Shown piece by piece: positions 9,009 through 19,308 of a stretch of DNA of 64,000 nt. Position 1 is the first letter of the stretch; every line of letters starts with the position of its first letter. Source of the stretch: Candidatus Poribacteria bacterium (GTDB lineage: Bacteria > Poribacteria > WGA-4E > JAJDTR01); contig CBDCTK010000002.1 in NCBI GenBank assembly GCA_965222225.1, positions 4,992,001-5,056,000 of the forward strand, in the 5' to 3' direction. The notes below the pieces were generated by a model. The model had not been told where the DNA came from. It did no database searches and was given only the letters and a program-made list of their open reading frames with translations. Made by a program: the position numbers and the translations under genes.

Positions 9009-12000
9009 ATGAAACTGAACCCCAGCCATTTGCTGATAATCATTGCCATGCTTTGCGTGATAATAGTAGCAGGCGCAGTTTACATCGCCATTCAGAATGT
9101 GAAAGACACGACTCGCTTTACGGTAGAATCGATCTTGCCCGAAGGAACGGTTTCGCAGCGTGAGAACCTCACGTTCGCGTTTTCCGATCCGGTTGTCGAA
9201 GAGCGCTTACTCGATAAGGACCTGGACTATTCTCCGATTGAGTTTTCGCCTGCGATTCCGGGAAAATTTCGTTGGGTAGACACGGATAGGCTTCGGTTTT
9301 TTCCGGAAGTTACGTTTGCTCCTTCTACCGTATACACAGCGAAAGTGTTTCCAACTGTTAGCCACTCGCCGGATCGAGTTCTGAGCGGAAAGCGGACACT
9401 TTCCTTCGCTACCGAGCGGTTCAAGGTCAAAGAATCAAGACTGTCGTTTGAGCAAGGGGCGGGCAGAAAGAGCCGAGCAAAGATCCGTGCGGCGGTTGAA
9501 TTCAACTATCCCGTCGATCCTGCCGCACTGAAGGAAAGACTCACGATATCGTATGAGGACGGAAAGACGATTTCGTATCAACCTGTGACCGAGGAAGCAT
9601 CAGATATAATCGATCTAGAAACTGTCGAGATTGAGCGTAGCGAGGATAAACAGCGCTTTGCACTTAGGCTTGAGAAAGAATTCACATGTGTCAATGGAGG
9701 GGTTGGTCTCAAGAGCGCTTACATCAACAAAACCGCATTGGAAGGACGCGGGCACTTGATTGTCGAAAATGCAGGTGTGCGGGATAGTGGTGGCGGGCAC
9801 TATCTGGAGGTTCGGTTCAATTCAAAGGTCGCCCCTGACCAAGCACAACTGTTCCTGACCGTCGAGCCGGAGGAAAATTATCAATTGGTTTCTCACCGAC
9901 GTTATTTGCGGATTGAAGGCAAATTCGAGCCTGGCGACCAACGTACTGTAAAAATAGGTCGAGGTCTATCTGCCCAAGATGGGACAACTTTAAAGCGGAA
10001 CTTTTCAACAACGCTTACGATTCCGAACCTTCAACCGAACCTGAGATTCGTCGTCGGCGGGTTATATCTTCCTAGGGATGGTAATCTGAACCTCGGTTTA
10101 GCCACGGTTAACGTGAACAAGGTGAAGGTTGGTATTGAGAAAGTGTATGCCAACAATCTTGTTTTTCTGGCGAGTTCCCAAGGTTGGTCGCGGTGGGCGA
10201 GCAACCTTGGGAAGTCTTTACACAGCGAAGAGATTAGGATAGAGTCGGTGTTAAATGAGGAGGTCACGACACCAATCTCCTTGGCAGAATATCTGGAGGG
10301 TGACCGAATCGGTATCTTCAAAGTGACTGCCCGCGAATCGGAGAGGCGGTGGCGTTACGCAACTCAGTGGGTCATGGTAACCGACCTTGGCATAATGGCG
10401 AAGAAGACGGCAGACGAATTGTGGGTGTGGGTCAATTCACTGTCCACGTTGAAAGGAGTTGAGGACGCGGTCATTGAGGTTATCAGCGACAATAATCAGA
10501 TCCTGCTGAGCGGTACTACCAATTCCGACGGTGTTGTGAAATTCTCTTCAGTATCTGAAAAGATTGAAGGATTCGTCCCATTCATGATTACCGCGGCGAA
10601 AGGCAAAGACCTTTCCTTTATTGAGTTAAATCGCCGTAAACTGTCAACCACCAACTTTGGGGTTGCCGGTGCACCATATCTGGATAGCGGTTATGAAGCA
10701 TTCGTATACACTGATCGAGGAGTTTATCGACCTGGCGAGACTGCGAACCTAGTGAATATTGTGCGTGGAAAGGGCAACCTGACTCCACCTTCACTTCCGG
10801 TGCTGATACAGGTGTTGGCGCCCGACAAACGCATCTTTCGAGAATTTCGTTCGCAGACAGGCAGGGGAGGCGCTTTCGAGCTAAGCGTGAAATTCCCTGA
10901 ATACGCCAAGACGGGGCGGTACACTGCCAAGATTCATGTTGCAGACAACGAAATCGGGCGTGCCAGCTTTCAGGTCGAGGAGTTCATGCCCGACCGGATT
11001 AAGGTCACTCTAACGACGGATAAACCGGTTTATGCGGTGGGCGACGAGATTGCAGTTGACGTTGAGGCGGTAAACCTTTTTGGGCCACCAGCGGCCAATC
11101 GGAAAGTTATAGCTAGTTGCGATATTGAGGCAAGCGAGTTTGCACCCGAGAAGTGGAGTTCGTTTACGTTTTCTAATGCTACGTTAAAGTTCAAGAAGCG
11201 TCATATTAATCTTGGCGAGTCACGTACGGATGAATTTGGAAAGACAGTCTATCACCTTCCGATACCCTCGGAATTAAAGCCGCAATCCGCGCTGAGCGGT
11301 GTATTTGTTGCCACCGTCAGCGAACCTGGAGGACGAGCAGTCAGCGCCTACAGAGGGGTGACCATTCATCCTTATACCCATTATGTTGGAATTCGTCGGT
11401 CGCCGGAAGGTTATGCAAAGCTTAATGAGGAGACGACTATCGAATATATTTCTGTCGACAAAGATGGCATCCTGTCCGGCGGGCGAAATTTGAAGCTGAC
11501 GACTTACAAAATCCGTTGGAACTCCATTTTACGCCGAAATAGTAGTGGAAATTATCAGTATGTGTCGGAAAAACAAGCAGAAATACTTCGATCGATTCCG
11601 CTTACTTCGGTAGAAGGGATTGGCAGGTATGCGTTCGCACCGGCAGAATATGGCGAATACCGGATAGAGGTTCGGGATTTGGACTCCGGGGCGTCCGCTA
11701 CGACGGAATTTTACACCGCCGGTTGGGGTTACACGCCTTGGGCAATGGAAAATCCGGACCGGCTTGAGATTGACCTGGATAAAGCGAGCTATCAGCCCGG
11801 CGAAATTGCGAAAGCGCAGATTAAAGCCCCATTTGCCGGCAAACTCATCTTGACGATAGAGCGGGAGAAGGTATTGAGTTACCGAACGGTAACGATGCAG
11901 GAGAACACTGCTGTCATTGACATACCGATTCGGGCTGAATACAAGCCCAACGTCTACCTGTCCGCCAGTCTTATTCGCTCAACCACTTCATTGGAGAAGC

Positions 12001-14393
12001 ATTCCCCTGCCCGTGCCTTCGGTGTCGTTCCGCTTAAGTTGAACGATGACGTCAATCGATTGGCAGTCGAGATTGACGCGGTGGAGAAGTCCCGTCCGAA
12101 TCAAGAACTAGAGGTTGTCGTCCGTGTAGAGGGGCCGTCTCCAGCCAAGAGGGGAGTATACCGACTCACGGTTGCAGCGGTTGACGAAGGTATCCTTCAG
12201 TTGACAAACTTCCAGACTCCGGACGCCCACGGCTTTTTCTTTCGACGAAGGGGTTTGAATACCGACACGTTGGATCTCTATTCAGCGGTATTACCGGAAA
12301 TCGAGTCAGCAACGGGTAAGTCTAGCACTGGCGGCGGCGATGGGGTTGATGCGGGGCGAAAAAAGCGGTTGAGCACCGTCAGCGTGACGCGAGTGAAGCC
12401 TGTCTCGCTTTGGTCGGGTATTGTTACGACTGATGACATGGGCACAAGTGTCGTTCGATTCAGTATACCACAGTTCAACGGCACACTACGTTTGATGGCG
12501 GTTGCGTTCGCAGGCGATCGGTTCGGAAAGGCTCAGGAATCCGTCATCGTCCGCGATCCAATTGTTCTGACACCTACCTTTCCCCGGTTTGTATCGAGCG
12601 GCGACCGGTTCAAAGTTCCCGTGAGCGTGTTCAACGGAACGGTGGAGGACGGTGACTTTGACATCGCGCTGAGTCGGGAAGGAGCCGTTGAGATTCTGGG
12701 GGACAGCACGCAATCAATTCGTCTCAACACCGGTGAAGAGAGGCAAGTGTTGTTTGAACTTGCCGCCCAAGATGCGATGGGTAAGGTCACGTTCAACCTC
12801 TCGGCAAAGGGCAATCGCGAAAGTACACGGATGATTACAGATGTTCCAATTCGCCCGGCGACACCTCCCGTGACACAATCGGGCTACGGTGTGGTTAAGG
12901 CTGAACGCACGGCAGATTTTACTTTTCCGTCGAACTACATTGCGGGAACTGAGGAATTCGGGCTGACGCTGTCATCGTTTCCGGCAGTAAAGTTTGCCGG
13001 TGGAATCTCGTATCTTCTGCGGTATCCTTACGGGTGAGTTGAACAGGTCACGGCGGGGGTCTTCCCGCTGTTAGCTTTTGATAACATTGCCCAAACAATT
13101 GCTCCGGATCTCTTTGCGAAAGGCAGCGCGGATTATTTCATTAACGAGGGTATCGCCAAGCTAGAAAGCATGATGATGCCGGACAACTATTTCGCTTATT
13201 GGCCAGGCGGCAACTACGCGAACTACTGGAGTAGCATATTTGCCGCGCACTTCCTCGTTGAAGCGCGAAAAGCCGGCTATCAGGTTTCCGACCGCATTTA
13301 TCAGATGATGCTGGAGGCGCTGAAACGGGAAGCCAAGCACGGGGCGCGGGGGCGTAATGAACTTGAACGGATTGCCTATGCGGTTTACGTCTTGGCAGCA
13401 GCGGGTCAACCAGAGAAGAGCACCATGCTCTACTTGAAGAACAACCGATTGGAGGACCTCAGCGATTACAGCGAGTTTCAACTAGCCGGCGCGTTCGCGC
13501 TATCTGGCGACCTTGATACCGCGGTTTCAATGCTCCCAAGAGACATTTCACCCACAAGCGACGAGATGCGAGAATCGGGCGGGAATTTCAACTCTCCGGT
13601 TCGGGCTCAGGCTATCATGCTTGATGTACTGGCGGAAGTGCATCCCGACCACCCGACGGTGTCACAGCTTGTAAAGAGTTTGACTGACGCAGCATCTGGC
13701 AAAGGTCGGTGGCAAACGACTCAGGAAAACGCGTTTGCGTTCCTCGCGCTCGGAAAGATACTGAAGCAAGATATTGGAGCACAGTATACGGGCACAATCA
13801 CTATTGACGGGGAACACCTTGCGGAGTTTGGGCCAAGCGATCAACAGTATTCAAGCAAAGAGTGGGGCGGCAAGCGTGTACGGTTGAGCCTTGAGGGCAC
13901 AGGAAACAGCTACTACCAATGGCGGTCTTTTGGCGTCGAGACGGGTTCGTCTATTGAAGAGTTCGATAGGGAATTGCAGGTTAGACGCCGGTATATGTCG
14001 GAGGCTGGCGAGCCGATTGAGGACGGTGTTTTCAAGCACGGCGATATGGTTGTAGCGGAGATTTCAGTCAAGGCGCTGACCGCCAATCTGGAGAATGTGG
14101 TCGTTGTGGATATGCTTCCCGCAGGATTCGAGATTGAAAACCCGCGCTTGGAATCTCGCGCAGGTATTTCATGGCTGTCCAGAAAGCGTTTCAAGCCGGA
14201 CTACGTGGATATCCGCGATGATCGTCTCCTTTTCTTCGGCAAATTCCCGCGAAGGAAAGAGCAGAAGTTCTACTACGCGTTGAGAGCCGTTACACAGGGC
14301 GAATTCATACTGCCACCTGTCACGGCTGAAGCCATGTACGATCCGTCGAAGTCATCGGTGGCATCGGGAGGACGAATCAGTGTTGCACCGTGA
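9009..14393 (+). CDS. Bacterial alpha-2-macroglobulin, 1794 aa when read through TGA; predicted selenocysteine at residue 1343 in the thioester motif
   Basis: TDLG, YTDRGVYRPGE, FQVEEFMP, AAVDEGIL, DMLPAGFEIENP, IRDDR motifs; ORFs 9009-13037 and 13170-14393 are in frame, separated only by TGA 13035-13037 in YPYG*VEQ (canonical YPYGCxEQ); N-terminal membrane anchor. Confidence 0.9.
13050..13071 (+). promoter_or_regulatory. Putative bacterial SECIS element
   Basis: A-CGGCGGG-[GGTCTT]-CCCGCTG-T hairpin; loop starts with G, 20 nt after the TGA. Confidence 0.75.
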
Positions 14394-14553
14394 TGCGATG
14401 AAGGTTTCATTGACTGAATTCCGGCAACCAAATGCTAACTACCTTTATGCTCGATCTGGATTGTCAACTGCAGTGCTACAAAACCATTTGGCAATCCACC
14501 AGAGGCAAAAGCACAGCTCAATAAACCCGTTAGACGATATGGAGGAAAGGAAA

Positions 14554-15498
14554 ATGAAAAGGCAATTCTGCACGCTGAGTATGTGTTTGATCATGTTTAC
14601 AGTTACGAGTTCAATTCAAGGGAATGAGTTAAGCGACGTTGACATGGCGGAGCAGGCGAAGCATCTTATTGCTTGCTATAGGGAAGGCCATATTGATGCC
14701 TATTATACCTTGAATGCTACAGGCGGCGAGGGGTTAGTTCCAGTGTTTCTCGAAGCGCTGCGTGATTCTGACGCGAACGTTAGGATTCTCGCCGTAAATC
14801 AACTCACAAACTATAGGAAGGTAGAGACGATTGGACCGATTTCGGATGTGCTCAAGCACGACAGTCATGAAGGGGTGCGTGCAGCGGCGGCAACAAGTTT
14901 GGGGCAGCTTGGATATCGTGAGTCGAGTCCTTACTTGCTTGATGCCTTGAATGACAAATCGGCTAGCGTGGTGGAAGCGGCGATACGAGGTTTGGGATGG
15001 CTGAAATCTCGTGAAGCCGTACAACCATTGAAAGACAAACTGCGCGGCGACAACGAAAAGGACTGGGTAATTCAGCGCGCTGCCTCGGACGCCTTACAAG
15101 ACATTACTGGCGAGGACTGGGGTCAAGGTATACACGAATTCCCCCCGGAACTCAGAGTGCGTGATGCTGATATCACGCTTGAAGCCTATCAACGCGCGAT
15201 GGAATATCTCGGAGAGAGGCCTCCAGAGATGATTGATACCACCATCACTACGGAGGAGTTAACTTCGGCGGAGGGGTTTTACGTCGGGTATTGGAATCGC
15301 CTGACGATTATTGAGGGGTATCATTTGAAACAGAACCTACAAGTTTGCAAAGGTGCGCTGCAGCAAACATTGCAATCGAGGAAATTGAACGAAGTGATAG
15401 AGGATATAGAGGATGATGTCATGAACGCGCAGAAGGAGTATGATGAGGCGTGACAGAAATACGAGGATTTCTTGGCTAATAGTGTTTGGGCGGATTGA
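14554..15498 (+). CDS. Secreted HEAT-repeat protein, paralogue 1 (in-frame TGA at 15451-15453 just before the conserved tail)
   Basis: Signal-peptide-like N-terminus, EALRDSDANVR / VRAAAATSLG HEAT repeats; after the TGA the frame reads QKYEDFLANSVWAD, as in the paralogues. Confidence 0.8.
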
Positions 15499-15571
15499 TG
15501 TACCCCCGGTAGGAAAGTATTGTAATTCATGTTGTTCCGATTTTAAGATCCTGCAGTAAACGGAACTATGC

Positions 15572-15599
15572 GTAGGGAACACAGATCTGCGTTCCCTAC
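15572..15599. repeat. GTAG REP-like palindrome
   Basis: GTAGGGAAC-ACAGATCTGC-GTTCCCTAC. Confidence 0.65.
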
Positions 15600-15655
15600 A
15601 GATACAATTGTAAAACGAAAAACATAACGTGTTGTATGCGCAAATGGAGGCAACT

Positions 15656-16594
15656 ATGATGAAACAGCTACTAACGTTGATGAGCGCGTGCTTTATATTC
15701 TCTCTAATGGTACTCTCGGTTCGGGGGAGTGGGCGACCCGACGATGACATGAAGAATCATGTGAAAGAGCTTATTGGCCGCTATAAGCAGGGGGATCGTG
15801 AAGCCTACGACCTACTGATTGTAAACATTGATGAAAAATTGTTTCCGGTGTATCTTGAGGCGCTCAAGGATGCTGACGCCAAAGTTAGAAGGCTTGCGAT
15901 TAGGCAACTCGCGAGGTATAAGAAAAAGGAAGCTATCGCACCGATAGGACAGTTGCTTGAGAGCGACGCCAGCGAAGGCGTGCGTCGGGAGGCAGCTTCA
16001 AGATTGGGGCATTTGACCTACCCAGAGTCTAGTCGACTTCTGATTGATGCGCTGGACGACGACTCACAGCGTGTGGTGGAAGCAGTGATACGAGCGTTAG
16101 GTAGGTTGAAGTCTAAGGAAGCGATTGAGTCGTTGAAGGAGAAGCTGAAAGGCGACAATGAAAAAGACTGGGAAATTCAACGCGCTGCTGCTTACGCGCT
16201 GCGAGTCATCACTGGTATGGATTGGAGTGAAGGTATACATGAAGTTCCGCCGGAATACCGGACGCGTGATGAAGAGTTTACATTTGAAGCATACGAACGC
16301 GCAATTCGCTACTTTTCTAGATCTGTGCCTACTATGATTGACACGACAATCATAATTGATGAGTTGATCCACAGCGAGATGTTCTATATCGGCGGTCCAA
16401 ATCGTTTTACCATTCTTCAGGGATTCCACCTAAAGCAAAATGGACAACTACAGGAAAAAAACCTTAATCAGGCTCTGTTAGCACAGAAGTTAGGTACAAT
16501 GACGGACGATGATGTGACCAAAGCTAATGCCGCGTACGATCAAGCGCAGAAAAAGTACAAAGATTTCTTGGGGAAAAGTGGATGGGCGGATTGA
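15656..16594 (+). CDS. Secreted HEAT-repeat protein, paralogue 2
   Basis: GGAGG RBS, signal peptide, HEAT repeats, DNEKDW and C-terminal DFLGKSGWAD. Confidence 0.85.
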   Translation: MMKQLLTLMSACFIFSLMVLSVRGSGRPDDDMKNHVKELIGRYKQGDREAYDLLIVNIDEKLFPVYLEALKDADAKVRRLAIRQLARYKKKEAIAPIGQLLESDASEGVRREAASRLGHLTYPESSRLLIDALDDDSQRVVEAVIRALGRLKSKEAIESLKEKLKGDNEKDWEIQRAAAYALRVITGMDWSEGIHEVPPEYRTRDEEFTFEAYERAIRYFSRSVPTMIDTTIIIDELIHSEMFYIGGPNRFTILQGFHLKQNGQLQEKNLNQALLAQKLGTMTDDDVTKANAAYDQAQKKYKDFLGKSGWAD

Positions 16595-16741
16595 TTCCCA
16601 TACTCCGAATGGCAAGGCATTGTCATTATGAGATTATTTTAACAATAAACTAGCGGGGGCGATGACCGCAGTCCCGGGAGGGTTACAAATTCAATCGCAT
16701 CAGGTGGGAAAATATTCATACGCCGAAAACTGGAGGAAATA

Positions 16742-17680
16742 ATGTCAGAAAAACTGTTGATTTTCTTGGGCACATGCTTGTTAAGCTTTTCTATTACGTC
16801 TTCAATCCAAGGAAACGGGGCGCTGAAAGGTGAAGACATTGCGGCACAGGCAAGAGAGCTAATCGTGCGTTATGGGCAGGGGGATTCGGGAGTCTATTAC
16901 AGGATGGCAAACACTAGAGATGATAGGTTGGTTCCGGTGTTTCTTGAAGCACTCAAAAATTCCAACTCCAGGATAAAGATTCTTGCGATAAGTCAGCTTC
17001 GAAAATACGGAAAAAAAGAAACTATCGTCCCCATGGTGGAATTGCTCAAACACGACGAAAATGCCGACGTACGTGCGGCAGCCGCTGCCAGTTTAGCTCG
17101 GTTTCGCACCGCGGAGTCAAGCCAAGATCTCCTCAATGCTCTACATGATGAGTCCCCCAGGGTAGTAAGGGCTGCGATAAGGGTATTGGGACACCTAAAG
17201 TCAAAGGAAGCGGTTGTACCGCTGAAGGCGAGATTGTCCATAGATAACGAAAAGAATTGGGCAGTTCGGCGGGCCGCTAAAGACGCATTGGAATCCATCA
17301 TTGGTGCTGACTGGAAGCGAAGCATGCGCGAGATTCCGCCCCAGTTTCGAGCACGAAATGAAGATATCACGCATCAAGCCTATGAGGCCGCGATGGAGAA
17401 TCTGGGTAGCGCGCTTGGTAAAATTAACAGAGCTGGCTCAATAAGGGAACTAAGTGTAGATGAGGAATTCTTACGCGACTATGGAAAGACGGTAATTGTT
17501 ATTGAAGGATACTACCTGAAACAGAACGCAGAGATTTACAGAAAGGCGCTTGAAAACGCACGGCTTTCAGTGGAATTAGGTGAGATGACGAATGATGATG
17601 TGACAAAAGCCGAAGCCACTTACAATCAAGCCCAGTCTAGGTACGAGGATTTTCTGGCAAACAGTGTTTGGGCGGATTGA
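16742..17680 (+). CDS. Secreted HEAT-repeat protein, paralogue 3
   Basis: GGAGG RBS, signal peptide, HEAT repeats, DNEKNW and C-terminal DFLANSVWAD. Confidence 0.85.
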   Translation: MSEKLLIFLGTCLLSFSITSSIQGNGALKGEDIAAQARELIVRYGQGDSGVYYRMANTRDDRLVPVFLEALKNSNSRIKILAISQLRKYGKKETIVPMVELLKHDENADVRAAAAASLARFRTAESSQDLLNALHDESPRVVRAAIRVLGHLKSKEAVVPLKARLSIDNEKNWAVRRAAKDALESIIGADWKRSMREIPPQFRARNEDITHQAYEAAMENLGSALGKINRAGSIRELSVDEEFLRDYGKTVIVIEGYYLKQNAEIYRKALENARLSVELGEMTNDDVTKAEATYNQAQSRYEDFLANSVWAD

Positions 17681-17717
17681 ATTAAGAAGATGTGAGGAAT
17701 CTCTGGCACATCTCAAT

Positions 17718-17738
17718 GGTGGGCAGTGACCACCCTAC
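17718..17738. repeat. GTAG REP-like palindrome between convergent genes
   Basis: GGTGGGCAGTGACCACCCTAC, one mismatch to 8315-8335. Confidence 0.65.
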
Positions 17739-17747
17739 AAGTGTTTT

Positions 17748-18749
17748 CTATAGGGAATAGCCATCCACGGCTCGACGGAATGCTTTGATATGCGCCGGTG
17801 TTGTCCCGCAGCATCCACCAATGAGATAGGCGCCCTCTTCGATTAACTCGGGCACGTAGCTTTCCATTTCTTCCGGCGCTTGTGAATAGTAGGTGCGGTG
17901 ATTTTCGTCAAGCTGCGGCATGCCGGCATTGGGATAAGCCATTATGTGTTTTGGCTCCACTCCACCCTCCTCCATGGCGATTCGTGCCTGTCGCACGCCG
18001 TTGATGGCATACGGCATCCCAGAGTGTTCGCTCCTCCTCGTTTCAGCGCCGCAGTTTAGTCCAAGCAGGTGAACATCATCAAGTAGGTTGTTTCCGTCGG
18101 AATACTCGCCGCTCGACAGAATATTGAGTAGGTCGGTAGCGGAATGTCCCCAGTCCGTTTTATAGATTATCTCACCGGTGCGCCGATCTTTGGTATACTT
18201 GTAGGTCAGATTTACCGCAATCGGGATCCCTACTCCCCTAGCCAAATCGACTGCAACTGCTGCCTCTTTCGCAGAGAACATCGTCTCAATACAGAAAAAA
18301 TCCACCCCGCCTTCCGCTAACGCGGAGATAACCCTCTCGTGGGCGTTCCTGACATCCTTGTTTGGAATTCCGAAGTCGGTGCCGCCGCTGTCGGCTTCGA
18401 TTGCTCCGGGAGAGGGACCAACCGATCCCGCAATATATACATGTTTGCCGCTTTCTTCAACCGCGGCTCTAGCGTGTTTAACGGCAGCCGTTACCAGTTG
18501 TTCGGCTTCAGCCGCGCTTTTTCCCGCCATTTCCAAATGCAGCGGTGACACGACAAAGGTATTCGTGCCAACCACGTCAGCTCCTGCGTTAATGTACGAC
18601 AAATGGATGTCAACGACGGCTTGCGGGTACAGTTCGTTGGCTAACGCACTGTTCACTAGCTCTATACCCTTGGCGAATAGTTGAGAACCGAAGCCGCCGT
18701 CATAAATCATTGGCTTAGGTTCTTCGAGTCGTTCCAGAAAGGTTTTCAT
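17748..18749 (-). CDS. Homocysteine S-methyltransferase family protein (stand-alone HMT domain)
   Basis: YDGGFGSQL, AGADVVGTNTF, GLNC, YPNAGMP, IGGCCGTTPAHI zinc-binding motif. Confidence 0.88.
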   Translation of the reverse strand: MKTFLERLEEPKPMIYDGGFGSQLFAKGIELVNSALANELYPQAVVDIHLSYINAGADVVGTNTFVVSPLHLEMAGKSAAEAEQLVTAAVKHARAAVEESGKHVYIAGSVGPSPGAIEADSGGTDFGIPNKDVRNAHERVISALAEGGVDFFCIETMFSAKEAAVAVDLARGVGIPIAVNLTYKYTKDRRTGEIIYKTDWGHSATDLLNILSSGEYSDGNNLLDDVHLLGLNCGAETRRSEHSGMPYAINGVRQARIAMEEGGVEPKHIMAYPNAGMPQLDENHRTYYSQAPEEMESYVPELIEEGAYLIGGCCGTTPAHIKAFRRAVDGYSL

Positions 18750-19005
18750 GAGCGATTTAGGTGGATAGTTCTGTTGGATTGTGTTTTTTGACTATTGAGG
18801 CATGGAGTTTGGTTTTGACAGGAAATTGGAGCAAAGTTGTTGGTGAATACATTCGCTGGCCAAAATTAGTCACAATTATTTTATCAGACTCAATGGAGTA
18901 GTTTCAATCCATTCTTCAGAATCTGCCAGGGGATGGTGTCTGATTTTGATGTATGGTGGTGTCTCTACACACTCCCGAAGTCGCGATGCGGAGAGGAATC
19001 TTTAT

Positions 19006-19042
19006 GGGATTTCTATTGCACTCCTTGTTCAGTCGCTTGATC
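19006..19042. repeat. 37-nt covarying hairpin micro-element copy
   Basis: GGGATTTCTATTGC-AC-TC-CT-TGTTC-AG-TC-GC-TTGATC. Confidence 0.7.
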
Positions 19043-19077
19043 GGGTGAGATCGGTCTCTTAACCTAGTCAAATTCGC

Positions 19078-19106
19078 TTGACGGAATAAGAAAAATGGTG
19101 TACACT
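19078..19106 (+). promoter_or_regulatory. Sigma70-type promoter of tRNA-Leu(CAG)
   Basis: TTGACG-17 bp-TACACT. Confidence 0.7.
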
Positions 19107-19136
19107 CTATATGTCTCTAGAGCGGAGTTTTTGTGT

Positions 19137-19222
19137 GCCGGGATGTCGGAATTGGTAGACGAGCTAGATTCAGGATCTAGTGGGCATTATTGCCCGTAGG
19201 GGTTCAAATCCCCTTCCCGGCA
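19137..19222 (+). tRNA. tRNA-Leu(CAG)
   Basis: GCCGGGA/TCCCGGC acceptor, CTAGA-TTCAGGA-TCTAG anticodon arm, long variable arm. Confidence 0.96.
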
Positions 19223-19308
19223 TTCGCAGTGAGACGCTACGAGCGTCAACTGTTTCGTTGATAGTCGTTGAGTTAATTCGTACGAGGTTGGCAACCTTGC
19301 TACCCAGT

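Noticed and set aside
8202-9163. Short ORFs between fabV and A2M
   Set aside because: Largely built from REP and micro-element repeats, with no RBS or recognisable protein motifs
13035-13170. A2M as a split pseudogene or two separate genes
   Set aside because: Single interruption in 5.4 kb, located on the thioester Cys, followed by a SECIS-like hairpin and an open frame; disfavoured, though not formally excluded
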